In this document: piece by piece, positions 45,537 to 58,567 of the stretch | How positions within the stretch are numbered: position 1 is the stretch's first letter | Layout of the letters: each line of letters starts with the position of its first letter | Source: Eledone cirrhosa | Taxonomy: Eukaryota | DNA: 64,000 bases | Reading direction: 5' to 3' | NCBI GenBank assembly: GCA_964016885.1 | Contig: OZ024745.1 | Location: 107,756,001-107,820,000, forward strand | The notes under the pieces: generated by a model | Seen by the model: only the letters and a program-made list of their open reading frames with translations | Database searches by the model: none | What the model was told of the DNA's origin: nothing | Position numbers and translations under genes: made by a program

Positions 45537-47670
45537 AAATTACCGCCCAATTGCCTGCCAAAACATCATGTATAAATTATATACTGGGTGCCTTAACCTG
45601 TTCTTACAGGATCACTGTGCTACCAACATCATAACACCTGAGCAGGCTGGTGGAAAGAGGGAGGTGTGGGGTTGCATAGATCACCTACTAACTAACAAAA
45701 TGACTCAGGAAAAAACAACAAAGAATCGCAGAAACATGACTGTCGTGTGGCTGGACTATCAAAAAGCATTTGATAGTGTACCTCATGGGTGGATTGTTAA
45801 GGCTTTACAATTAGCTAAAGTCCCACAACCATTGGTAGCTGCTGTTGAACGCCTGACCAAGAACTGGTACACCAGTTTGATCCTTAGAGGTGAGAAGGAG
45901 CAGGTTAAGACTGATAAGATACATTACCAGAAGGGTATCTTTCAGGGTGATAGCTTGTCAGTGCTACTCTTCGTTCTCTCACTGAATCCACTATCTTACC
46001 TACTCAGGAAACAAGGTGGACAAAGAAGTGGGACCAGAAGTATCTCCCATCTTTTCTTTGTTGATGACCTGAAGTTGTATTGGCCAAATATCAATGACAT
46101 CAAGAAACAATTGGACCTCATTACACAATTTTCAACCGACATCAAAATGAAATTTGGTGAGTCCAAGTGTGCATATTTGGCAGTAAAACGTGGAAGAGCT
46201 GTGCCCTCCTCTAGAAATCTAGAGATGAACAGCCTGACAATACAACCTCTGCAGTCAGGTGACAACTACAGATATCTTGGACAGGATGAGAATGTCAGAT
46301 ATGATGGACCCATAAATAAGGAGAGAACCAGAACTGAATACCTCAGAAGAGTAAAGAAAATATGGTCATCAGAACTGTCAGCATACAACAAATACATTGC
46401 CCACAATACTTATGCTGTGCCAATTCTAACGCCAACATTTGGCCTACTGAACTGGTCATTGCAAGAACTAAGTGAGATGGATGTTAGAACTCGAAAACTT
46501 CTCAGTGTTACTGGGAACTTTAACATCAATGGTGATGTGGATAGGCTATACTTCTCACGCAAGGAAGGTGGCCGGGGTCTAAAATCAATATTAATAACAT
46601 ATGAGACCCGGATAGTGACACTGAAGCAACACCTTCAACAGAGGAAAAAGGTTGGCAACCAACTTGCCCAGGTTTATGACCATGAAAAAAGAAATATCAT
46701 TAGAATAGCGACTGATCTGGAGGAGAGATATGGACTAAAGCCTGATATAAATCTCTCACCCAGAGAAATCGGAAGATCCTATTCAATGTTCAAACAAGAT
46801 TAAAAAAATTGACCAATTTACAGAAAAAGTTGTGCATGGATACTTGAGGCGTAAAACACAGACCATAGAGGGGATAAACCACTCAAAAAGCCTGGCATGG
46901 AGTTCCGACAAGTTTATGACATCACACCTTGAGGGATATCTCTATGCAATACAGGAACAAGAACTCCCTACCAAATATCTGCTGCACAAAAGAGGAGGGC
47001 CAGCAGCTGACAATAAATGTAGGCTATGTAAAACAAAGATCGAGGATGTAAGCCACATTGTTGCCAGCTGCGAAAGAATGTCATCTCGCTACTACCTCCC
47101 CATGAGACACGATGGGATAGCTAGAACCATCTGGAACGCACTTCGGACAACAAAATTAACAACAAACGAGGAAGAATATATTGAGACAGATGGCACTAAG
47201 GAATACTGGTGGAACCTGAAAATAAAAACTGCCACCAAATTAAAGCACAACCGGCCAGATATTGTAGTTTGGGACCACACATTGAAAACGTGTTCTGTTG
47301 TGGAGATCAGCTGCCCACGTGATGTAAACGTTGTCAGAAAAATACAGGAGAAGGAGGACATCTACGGACCATTGATGAGGAGTTTACAAATCCAGTATCC
47401 AAGATACACCTTTAGCTTCATACCCATCATTATTGGTGCTACGGGTTATATACCAACCCGCTTGGACCAAAGTATGACTGAACTTGGATTTGCGGACAAA
47501 AAGCGCAGCTCCCTAATTCATAGTCTACAAATGGCTGCGATAGCTGGCACCTTCAAAATTTGCAAAACATTCTTGCGATTCAAGGGATGACAATTTCTTT
47601 TCTTTTACAACCTTGCCACCAGGAAGGTGGCCGGTCAAAAAAATATACTCAAAATTAAGAGAAAGAGAAA
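45537..47670 (+). mobile_element. 5'-truncated R4/Dong-type non-LTR retrotransposon (RT, CCHC, restriction-like endonuclease), one frameshift at ~46800
   Basis: NYRPI, QAGG, LDYQKAFDSVPH, GIFQGDSLS, FVDDLKLY; CRLC..H..SC, RHD, RPDIVV..EIS; (TACA)n on both sides. Confidence 0.92.
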
Positions 47671-48184
47671 ACATACATACATACATACATACTCACATAT
47701 ATGTATATGTATGTGTTCATGTGTTTGTGTCTATGGCTTTAGGTCTATATGTGTGATGACTTTAGGTGTATATGTGTGAGGGCGTACTTTCCTCCATCTG
47801 TGTGTGTGTTTATGTATTTGGGTGTATGCATAGAGAGAGAAAGATGGGAAGAGTATCTGAAAGAGTGACAAAACAAAGAAGACAAACAAAAAGGGATAGA
47901 ATCCATGTCTATAGTTATTAAACAAGGAAGAATTAGAGATACGATCAAATAGATAGATGGGTAGTTGGGTGGATATATAGACATAGAGGCAGATAGAGAG
48001 ACAGCTGGATAGGCAGGTTTATTGATAGACAGACAGATAGACGGGCTCACAGGCAGAGAGATCAATTTACATATATATATATATATATATGTGTGTGTGT
48101 AGAGAGAGAGAGAGAGGGGGGAGAGAGAGAGAGGAGGAGAGAGAGGGGGGAGAGGGGGGAGAGGGGGAGAGAGAGAGAGAGACG

Positions 48185-48230
<46 letters not shown>

Positions 48231-48316
48231 GAAAGGGGGAAGAGATACATAAATAGATAGAGACAGAAACACAGACATACAGGCGAACAGGAAGATAGAC
48301 AAACAGACAGATAGAG

Positions 48317-48436
<120 letters not shown>

Positions 48437-48789
48437 TGATAGATAGATAGATAGATAAAGTGTGAGGAAGAGAGACTGATTGAATGATTGATTAATTGAT
48501 ATTAACCGGACAGTCAGGCAGTCCGACAGACTGATAGCTGGCAGGACCAGCATAGAAACAATTAAACAGGGTTAGCCAACATGTCAGCAATGTAACCTGC
48601 CTGTAAACCAACAAACCAACACACCATCCAACATTAAGCTGTACATAGTCAAATAAGCAGACAAAAATTTAATTCTCGAAATATTCTATTTGATCAAGAA
48701 TTATGAAATTATATTAGCCAGCTAAGAATATATTGAAAAGTGTTACCTTTCACACACTCCTATTTATGTGTCTATAGCGACACAATGCG

Positions 48790-51700
48790 AAGGACTGTGA
48801 TTTTTCGCACAAAAAATCGGCTTTCCTTACTCCAGGCGAAATTGAAATCGTCTTGAAAGAGGCAATGGCAGACATACACTTCATACAAAAGGCTAAACTA
48901 TATGGAAGCATTTCGCTGCTCTTCAAAAGTGAGGCCCTTGCGAAAAAAATACTCAGTGACCCCAGTCACCGCTGCCACACACACCTTTTTCCCTACATAC
49001 ATGGGAAAAAGAACACAAAAAATAAACATCACCAATATACCACCCAACATTAACATCTGGTGGATTCTGGCAGGGTTCTTGGAGGAGGATGAAGACACAA
49101 TACTGTCGATTCAAAAATCCACAAGAAACACCTGGAACAGCACAAACTTGGAAATTTTGGTCCAAATGAAACCGGACAGAATTTCCAAAATACCAGAAAG
49201 AGTGCCAGTAGACAATACAAACTATATACAGATTTCAGCAGAAGGGGTGAGGCCACATTGTTGTAAATGCGCAAGCAAATAGCATTTAAAGGCCTCCTGT
49301 CCCCTCTTACGAACAAACACCAACCCACCCAAAAGAGTACTGTTACCAACACTAACACCAAAACCACAACAACAACAACACACAAAACAAGCAAACACAC
49401 AAAAACAAACAACTGCTCAATCACAAACAACAGAAAAAACACAAACAATTCCCCTGAAAACACAGTCCCACCCCATCCCACTCCATCCAACACTACCACA
49501 ATCACACACACAAACACACCATCACACAACATACCCCTCCCATACACCCCTGATGACGATTCATCGTCAGACGAGACTACTTCTCCAGAGGTGGATGGGG
49601 AGTGGCTGTCATGTTTCGGAAAAACAAGGACCTTGAAATACACTTGGACTCGGAGGGTAGACCTGGTAGTCCTAGACTTGAAGAGTGTTGGAGGTGGAGC
49701 CTTCAGACTGGTGGCCGTCTATGCCATGACTGGGCAATCGCAGCTAGACTTCTTTAGGCGTCTAGAGTCTTTTCTGGGAACGTCTCGCTCCTTCCTTTTA
49801 GTGGGGGACTGGAATGGTATCCTAGACGCACGATGGGACTATGTAGGAGCATGTCCCAGTAGAAGGGGTGCAACAGCCTTAAAATTTTAATCGGCCAGTT
49901 CCAACTGGCCGATAGGTATCGACTAGATTTCCCGACTACACTACAGTGGACGTAGACAAACCGCAGCGGGACATCTAGATCGTATTTAGATAGGTTCTTT
50001 ATTAGAGAGAGAGAGACAAGTAGATGTTAAGCTGTCCACAAATCTACATGGTTGCCTATTCAGACCACAAACTAGTCACCTGCATAGTAAACCGTGATAG
50101 AATACATAGACAAGGACACGGATACTGGAAGCTGAACATCTCGTTACTTACACGTAAAGCCTACAGTGAACGGATAAGTAGATTAGTTAAGCAACAGTTG
50201 ATGAGGGGGTACTCTCTCAAGAGAGCAATTAGAGTCGATAACTTTTAGCAAAGAACTAGCCTTAGAGAAAAACAAGACAGAAACAGAACTAATAGCCAAG
50301 GTAGAGGAGGCACTTAGGAGTGGCAACTCAGCTAGAGTGCTAGCAACGAGAACGGCACTGGACCAGTTCTTCGATGCGAAACACGAAGGCTGCATGGTCA
50401 GAAGTAAATCACATGCTCTAGGAAACGAGGCAGCAAAGCTGTTAGCTGGGCCCGAGTGGCAGAGGCGAAAAGTGGCAACAAGTCCACGATTCGGTCTTTA
50501 AAAGACCAAAACGGACGCGTGCTACTTGACTCCAAGCGGATGTGCACGGCCTTTCAGTGACACTTTGCGCAACTGTTCGAGCAGAACAACGGTTCAATGG
50601 ACTTCGGTTCATACCTCGACGGCCTGCCGCGTCTCTCGAGCATGGACGCCGAGTTCTGCGAAAAACCGATCACAGCCACTGAGATACGGGACGCTCTGGG
50701 CCGCTGCGAGAAACGCAAATCACCCGGTCTAGATGGTCTACCCTATGAGTTTTACATAGGCATGCCGGACTTGTTCTCTGGCGTCCTCGAAGCCTTCTAC
50801 TGCAACTGGCAGCAGAACGGGAGAATTCCCAGTTCTGCAGGCAGGGACGTAGTAACCCTGATCAGGAAAGACGAGAACAAGGGGGACGAACTAAGCAACT
50901 TTAGGCGCATAACTCTTCTCAACACAGTGTTAAAGATTTTGGCCAAGGTGTTAGCAACGAGGCTGGCCTTGTCGTCGAGAATCTGGTAGGGAAAGTGCAA
51001 ACGTGTGCTATCCCTACCAGGTCCAAACACGACAACCTCCACCTAATGCGATACATCATAGAGAGGGTGGGGTGTAAACCCGGCTTCGGTGGGGCTCTTT
51101 AGATCAGTCTAAGGTGTTCGATAGGGTCGACCATCGATACTTGGAAGCGGTTCTCGAGGCGGCCGGTTTCGAACTCGTCTTCGGAGGCTGGATCAAAGCA
51201 ATGCACACCAACATCTACTCAACTGTCAAGGTGAACGGCTACCTATCGCAGACTGCGGAAAGCGGCGTCGTCTTATGCCGACGACGTGACAGTAATGGTG
51301 TCGAAAACATCGGAAATCGGGGTGATCGGCAACTTACTGCAGGAATACGAAAGTCTCACAGGAGCAAAACTGAACCCGGACAAGTCTGTCGATTTGCAAC
51401 TCGGAACGTGGAGAGGCAAACCGATGCCGTCCGACAGCGTCGTCGGACGCTGGACGGAAGGACCGGTGAAATTGCCCGGGGTCTGGTTCAGTCCGGACCT
51501 CCAGGTGGAGAAAAACTGGAACGAGGCCACGGCCAAGGTATTTGCGCTCACCCAGAAGTGGGCAGAGTGCAAACTATCCTTTAAAGGTCGAGCGGAGGTG
51601 GAGAACACTTTCATAGCGTCCGTCATCTGCCGCTTGACCGTCGTGCCTTGTCCCCGTGAATACCTCACCAAGATGGAACGCATGCTCTTCCAGTTTCTTT

Positions 51701-52590
51701 GGAAGAAGCAGGCTCCACTGGGGAGGAGATCCGTCTGCTGTCAGCACCCTTCCAACGGAAGGCTAGGAATGCCGTGGCTGATGAGGCGCAAACATGCGCT
51801 GAGGCCACGGCACCTCCAGGTATTCCTCACCTAACAACCGGTGTGGGCACTGTTTGTGAGACAGGCCTTCCCGCGACTTGTCTCGCTGACGGAGCTGCAG
51901 TCCTAGGTCAAGCGGAGACCGAAGAAGATGAGCACCTGGCACAACGCTCAGGCGCTCACAATCCTCTGTCAAGCGGGCACAGCAATTAGTGGAGACTCCA
52001 CTTCGACATTCTATAGAGGATTAGTACGTCACATGTGCGACACGTACGACACGTACTCAGAGAGACTCTGGGCGTCGTTCAATAGAACTTTCCGCCCGGG
52101 ACCTATGGACAACTTCCAAAGGTCCCTGGCCTGGCAGTGCACCGAGGAGCTCTACCAGTTCGAAATAAGATCTACAGGCACGGACGCCCCGGCAGAGATC
52201 CTTCCAAGAGGAAGTGATCAAGATGCGAGCAGGACATTGAAACCGTCTTGCACGTAATTGTACACTGCCCACAATTGTACACTGAAAGGTGGGTGAATGT
52301 AGCAAAAATGGCCCGAGTGATTGGGTCTTCTGTTTATAAGTCTGTAGGTTAAAGAAGAGAGCAAAAGGAAGAAAGGAGCACTTGCACAACACGCTCCTGG
52401 AGTTGAGGGTTGTTCTATCGACGGGATATTAAACAACCCATTTGTAATACCTCCCCCCTATTGGGGATTTCAATTGTTAAATTTGTTTGTTTTAATAATA
52501 TTTTTTACATGACTGTATGTAAATTCCCGGCGTGCGTCTTTGTATTGTCTCCTTTTCTTGTGCGTCCTTGTGGCAAATAAAGAAATCTAT
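48790..52590 (+). pseudogene. Decayed Tx1-like LINE (ORF1 and ORF2 remnants)
   Basis: Fragments LLVGDWNGILDARWD, YSDHKLV, KSPGLDGLPYEF, FDRVDH, YADD align with the 58-64 kb element; 3' end ccttgtggcaaataaagaaa then tctatct. Confidence 0.92.
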
Positions 52591-52619
52591 CTCTCAATCT
52601 ATCTCTCTTTCTCTCTATT

Positions 52620-52652
<33 letters not shown>

Positions 52653-52657
52653 TTATT

Positions 52658-52740
<83 letters not shown>

Positions 52741-52741
<1 letters not shown>

Positions 52742-53639
52742 AACATTTAGATATAATTAGTAATAAAATGTATCATACCTAAACTACTCCTAGATTCCTC
52801 GACTACGTAGTTTCGTGGCATAAACAAAAACAATACATCATAAAGATATAGAGTCCTTGCGAGATCTGCCGACTTATCAAGAGGTAACCTCTTGATAAGT
52901 CGGCAGATCTCGCAAGGACTCTATATCTTTATGATGTATTTTTTTTTGTTTATGCCACGAAACTACGTAGTCGAGGAATCTAGGAGCAGTTTAGGTATGA
53001 TACATTTTATTACTAATTATATCTAAATGTTTCTTCTCTCTTCATAATGTATTTTTAACTCTGATACTGGTTCAGTCTAATTCAACCGGATTGGTCTGTC
53101 CCAGTCATTCATTGAGCAACATCGGTAAGGTTGGCACCATTAACTCACGGTTGGGTGTGGATGCATTCATGTATATGTGTGTGTCCGCATGTATCTGTGT
53201 GTTTCTAAATATATTGTTCATAACTCCCTCTGGTCGAGTAATCTTTGAAGTGTGGTGACTGCTGGAAAGCTGCCATTACTCATACTTCTCTCCCCCTTCA
53301 CCACCTCTTCTACGGCTTCGGTATAAATACCCCCTCCGCCTCCGTGGTATTTTCTTCGGGGTTATAAGAGGCTTAGCTCTGTTTCTCGACCGTTATATCG
53401 CGTGACTATCTCCCTCTCCGCCTTTTGGGATTCTTTCTCACGTCGTGTAGACGCGTTCTTGAAGCTAGTAAAATGGGGTATCCTCTTGATAAGTCGGCAG
53501 ATCTCGCAAGGACTATATATCTTTATGATGTATTGTTTTTGTTTATGCCACGAAACTACGTAGTCGAGGAATCTAGGAGCAGTTTAGGTATGATACATTT
53601 TATTACTAATTATATCTAAATGTTTCTTCTCTCTTCATA

Positions 53640-53643
<4 letters not shown>
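52741..53643 (+). mobile_element. Family H: 593-nt HHR-to-HHR unit plus 145-bp perfect fold-back; U3-A8 hammerheads at 52796-52884 (minus), 52888-52976 (plus), 53481-53570 (plus)
   Basis: tcctc TTGATAA gt(c)ggca...tgccac GAA-ACTACGTAGT-C gagga; hairpin axis at 52886. Confidence 0.88.
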
Positions 53644-53679
<36 letters not shown>

Positions 53680-53732
53680 AGTGGCAAATGAAATTTCGTT
53701 TCATTTTATCCGTATATATATATATATATACA

Positions 53733-53960
53733 GGTTTAGGGTCAGGCTGTCAGGGTTAGGTTTAGAGCTAGGGTTAGGGTTAGATTTTAAATCTAACCCT
53801 AATCAGGATTAGGGTTATTTTTAAATTACGTTTAGGGTTAGAGTTCATGTTAGGATTATGGTTAGGTTTAGAATCAAGGTTAGTTTTAGAGTTAAGTTTA
53901 GTGTTAGGTTTAGAGTTGAGACTAGTGTTAGGGTTTGTATTAAGGTTATTGTTAGGGTAA
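53733..53960 (+). repeat. Degenerate TTAGGG-like repeat (similar tract at 16580-16650)
   Basis: gggttagggttag and variants. Confidence 0.7.
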
Positions 53961-54318
53961 ATATCTACTTGTTGAGGAATATATATATATATATATATAT
54001 AGTTATAATTTGGGAGGGTCAAGCTGCCAATAAAAACACACCCAGCTGTTGGATTTCACTTCAATTTATTATATATTTCCGGTTGGTTGGTTGGTTGGCT
54101 GGTTGGTTCAATAAACGGATGGTTGTTTATATATTGCCAAAACTCTTTCGTCACACATTATGTGACCCCCTCTGTGACTAGGTTTTTATTTTGTGTCTCT
54201 CCTTTGTTCTATCCTACACCATCTTGTTTTTGTTTTTATTACCAGCATAACTCTCCCAAATTATAAAAATGTCTGTTTCAACACACGTTTTCAGATGAGA
54301 AATCTTGCAAAACAAATT

Positions 54319-54367
<49 letters not shown>

Positions 54368-54401
54368 ATATTCGCGTATATATATATATATATATTTTAT
54401 A

Positions 54402-54496
<95 letters not shown>

Positions 54497-54987
54497 ATTC
54501 GCGTATATATACATCCATATATATCGATACATGTATACATAATGTATGTGTATATGTGTGAGTGTGTGTGTGCATGCATATATGCATGATGTATATGTGT
54601 GTATGTATGTATGCATGGTTATATGCATTTTTTTCCTATATAGTTTTTTTTAGGTGGGGGAAGAGTCTCTTGATTTTTCTAAGCAATCCAATGATTTTTA
54701 GCTGAGCTGACAAGGTAGCTGATAGGGTTTGGCATGGGTTGGCGTATTCTGGTGGTATTTGGTGTAATGATGGTGGGAGAAACTCGTTAGAGTGGGTATT
54801 TCGCCCAGAATCATGATGAAAATTGAATTAAGAAACTCTGCTGTATATGTGTAGAAGTGAAGGCTAATTTATGGTAACCGATCTGCATGACTGGTTGAAA
54901 TCAGATGAAATGACGCAAATAAATAAATGATGATCGCATTGATAATATTAATAATAATAATAATGATAATAAAAATAGTAATAGTAT

Positions 54988-55110
<123 letters not shown>

Positions 55111-55690
55111 AGGAAAATGTATACTTGTACACACACACACACACACACAAACACACTCATATATATATATGAATGTATATATATATATATATATGAGTGT
55201 GTTTGTGTGTATGTGTGTGTGTATGTGTGTGTATATATATATAATTTGTCTTTGCAAGATTTCTTATTTGAAATCGTGTGTTGAAACAGATATATATATA
55301 TTTATTTATTTATTTATTTATCTATATTTATTTGTCTATATATATATATATATATATATATACGTAGGGGCACTCACATACACATACGTATACACATACA
55401 CGCACACATACATACACACATATGCATGTGTGCATATGTGTGTAAAATAAAGAATGGGCGAAAGCTGGATCTAAATAAGGTGATGTCAATGTTATTGAAA
55501 AAGACCTTATACTGAAAGAGAGAGCTTCGTTGATAGAGAGAAAAAGAGAGGAAAACAGAAGAAAGTATACATCAGATACATAGAAACATAAACAGATGAG
55601 AATAGCTCATTTAAGGATTTTTATCATCTCCATCATCATCATCGTCATCATCATTATCATCATTACCATCATCTGCATTTTTATTTCAAA

Positions 55691-55904
55691 TGGGCGGTGG
55701 ATTGGCAGTATCGGTAGAGCGTCGGAAACTATTTTTTGCAGCATAGAGTTACGCCCCTTTACAGTCTGCGTTCAAATACCGCCGAAGTTAGCTTTGCCTT
55801 TTATCCTTACAGGGTTGATAAATAAAGCACCAGTAATGTACTGGTGTCGATTTAGTCGACTTTGCCCTGCCCCCAAATTACTGGTCTTGTGCTTATAGTA
55901 GGAA

Positions 55905-55944
<40 letters not shown>

Positions 55945-56546
55945 GTCAAAAGAGGCGGTGGATTGGCAGTATCGGTAGAGGGTCGGACGTCATGCTTTGA
56001 CGCAAAGAGTTACGGCCCTTTCCATTCTGAGTTCAAATCCCGCCGAGGTTAACTTTGCCTTTCATCCTTACGGTGTCGATAAAATAAAGTACCAGTAATA
56101 CACTGGGTGATTGCTGGCCTTGTGCCAAAAGTAGAAACAATTATTATTATGTCGAACGAGGGCGATGGATTGGCAGTATCGGTAGAGAGTCGGACGCCAT
56201 GTTTTCTAGCATAGTTACATCCCTTTACTGTCTGAGTTCAAATCCCGCCGACGTTAACTTTGCCTTTCATCCTTACGGTGTCGATAAAATAAAGTACCAA
56301 TAATACACTGGGTAATTGCTGGCCTTGTGCCAAAAGTAGAAACAATTATTATTATGTCGAACACAATACTTTGTAGCATGGAGTTACGGCCCTTTACTAT
56401 GTCAGTTCAAATCTTGCCGTGGTCAGCTTTGCTTTTTATCCTTACGGGGTCAATAAATAAAGTACCAGTAACGCACTGGTGTCGATTTAATCGACTTTCC
56501 CCCTCTTCCCTTCAAATTACTGGCCTTGTGCCTAAATCAGAAACCA
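55691..56546 (+). mobile_element. Four tandem SINE-1 copies
   Basis: ggcggtggattggcagtatcggtagag...gagttcaaatcc... separated by (TTA)n. Confidence 0.88.
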
Positions 56547-56819
56547 TTATTATTATCATTATGTGAAAACCTCTACTAACGTAACCGCCATTACTACGTT
56601 GTTTGTCCGTGTAATAACAGAAATTATTAATAACAGCCGACTGACTAATTTTGTTTCCTAATGTAATAAGCACAGTGATTTCCGCCATTTGCATTTTTTT
56701 TACAAACTAAATGAATGAATAGAATTTTTCAGACTGTTTTTCACTACCTCTTTCTAACTTATTCACTCATCCTTAAACTCATTCTCCAATACCTTCCCCA
56801 TTCTCTTCTTCTCTCTTCC

Positions 56820-56858
<39 letters not shown>

Positions 56859-57078
56859 TCGTATATACCCTGATTATATCTAACCCGCTCTGTTTCTCTG
56901 CTTTTCGAATATCTATCTTCAGCTGAATACTCAAAAATAATCGACAAAATTTGCGGGTGAACAATGGAAGTAAACCAGATTTGAATATAGAAATGAATGT
57001 TATTGCTAGGTTCAATGGTATACATACATATACATATAATTATACACATACATATACATATGCATATATATATATGTA

Positions 57079-57150
<72 letters not shown>

Positions 57151-57264
57151 TATATATATATATTATATATATGAATATATATATATATTATATTTATGAA
57201 TATATATATATTCATACATATATATATATTCATACATATATATATTCATACATGTATATATATT

Positions 57265-57343
<79 letters not shown>

Positions 57344-57352
57344 GTATGTATT

Positions 57353-57398
<46 letters not shown>

Positions 57399-57477
57399 TA
57401 TATTCATATATAGATATATATTCATATATATATATATATTCATATATATATATATATTCATATATATATATATATTC

Positions 57478-57603
<126 letters not shown>

Positions 57604-57946
57604 GATATGCATGTGTGTGTGTGTGTGTGTGAAGTAAGGCTGGTGGGTATGTTTGCTTCGTTGCAGCTTTTTCATATTTTTCTTGTACCAGATTATTCTC
57701 AAGCCTTGCACTTATACTACATGTTTGCTCCATTGGTAATACGTTCAATCAATAATTACATTGCTGCTGTTTCAATTTCTAGAACCTCCCTTTAGAGCAT
57801 TGACTATGTATGATTGAAAGAGAAAATGGAATGGGGGAGAGGGGGCAAAGAAAGAAAGAAAAAAAGATAGATAGATAGATAAATAGATAAAAAGGATAGA
57901 TAGATATATTGATAGATAGATATATTAATAGATAGTAGATAGATAA

Positions 57947-58001
<55 letters not shown>

Positions 58002-58003
58002 TG

Positions 58004-58110
58004 TTTCTTTATTAGCCACAGGGGCTCAAAAGAAGGGGACAAATACAAAGGGGGAAGTTTACATACAATAAAAACGTGTAAAATATGATCACAAGTAGAT
58101 AGATAGATAC

Positions 58111-58151
<41 letters not shown>

Positions 58152-58154
58152 GAG

Positions 58155-58198
<44 letters not shown>

Positions 58199-58318
58199 CA
58201 GATAGATAGATTTCTTTATTAGCCACAAGGGCGCAACAAGAAAAGGGGACAATACAAAGACATGCCGGGGATTTTACATACAGTCGTGTAAAAAATATAA
58301 AAACAAACAATTTGAACA
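58004..58318 (-). mobile_element. Two short Tx1-like 3' termini (58004-58095, 58211-58318) embedded in (GATA)n
   Basis: tttctttattagccaca.ggg..caa.agaa..gggacaa.tacaaag matches the termini at 58340-58385 and 52535-52585. Confidence 0.82.
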
Positions 58319-58567
58319 TAGATAGATAGATAGATAAATTTCTATTTATTTGCCACGAGGGCACAAAAGAAGGGGACATTTACACAGTGGGGGAGTTTAC
58401 ATAAATCGAGTAAAGAAAAAAGGAATAACAATAATAATATAACAATAAAAGTCCTCAAAAGGGAGGGGGCGTGTTGGGGATTGCACATACCCCCGAAAAG
58501 TGTGCAACTCTTTTCGCGGGGGAAGCCCAGAGAGGAGGCGCTCCCCCTTTCCTCTTCACTTCTTCAC

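Noticed and set aside
53733-53960. Telomere or fusion relic
   Set aside because: Short, highly degenerate and partly bidirectional; more likely part of an interspersed repeat.
55700-55790. tRNA gene calls from A/B boxes
   Set aside because: These are SINE heads without a complete cloverleaf, followed by SINE bodies.
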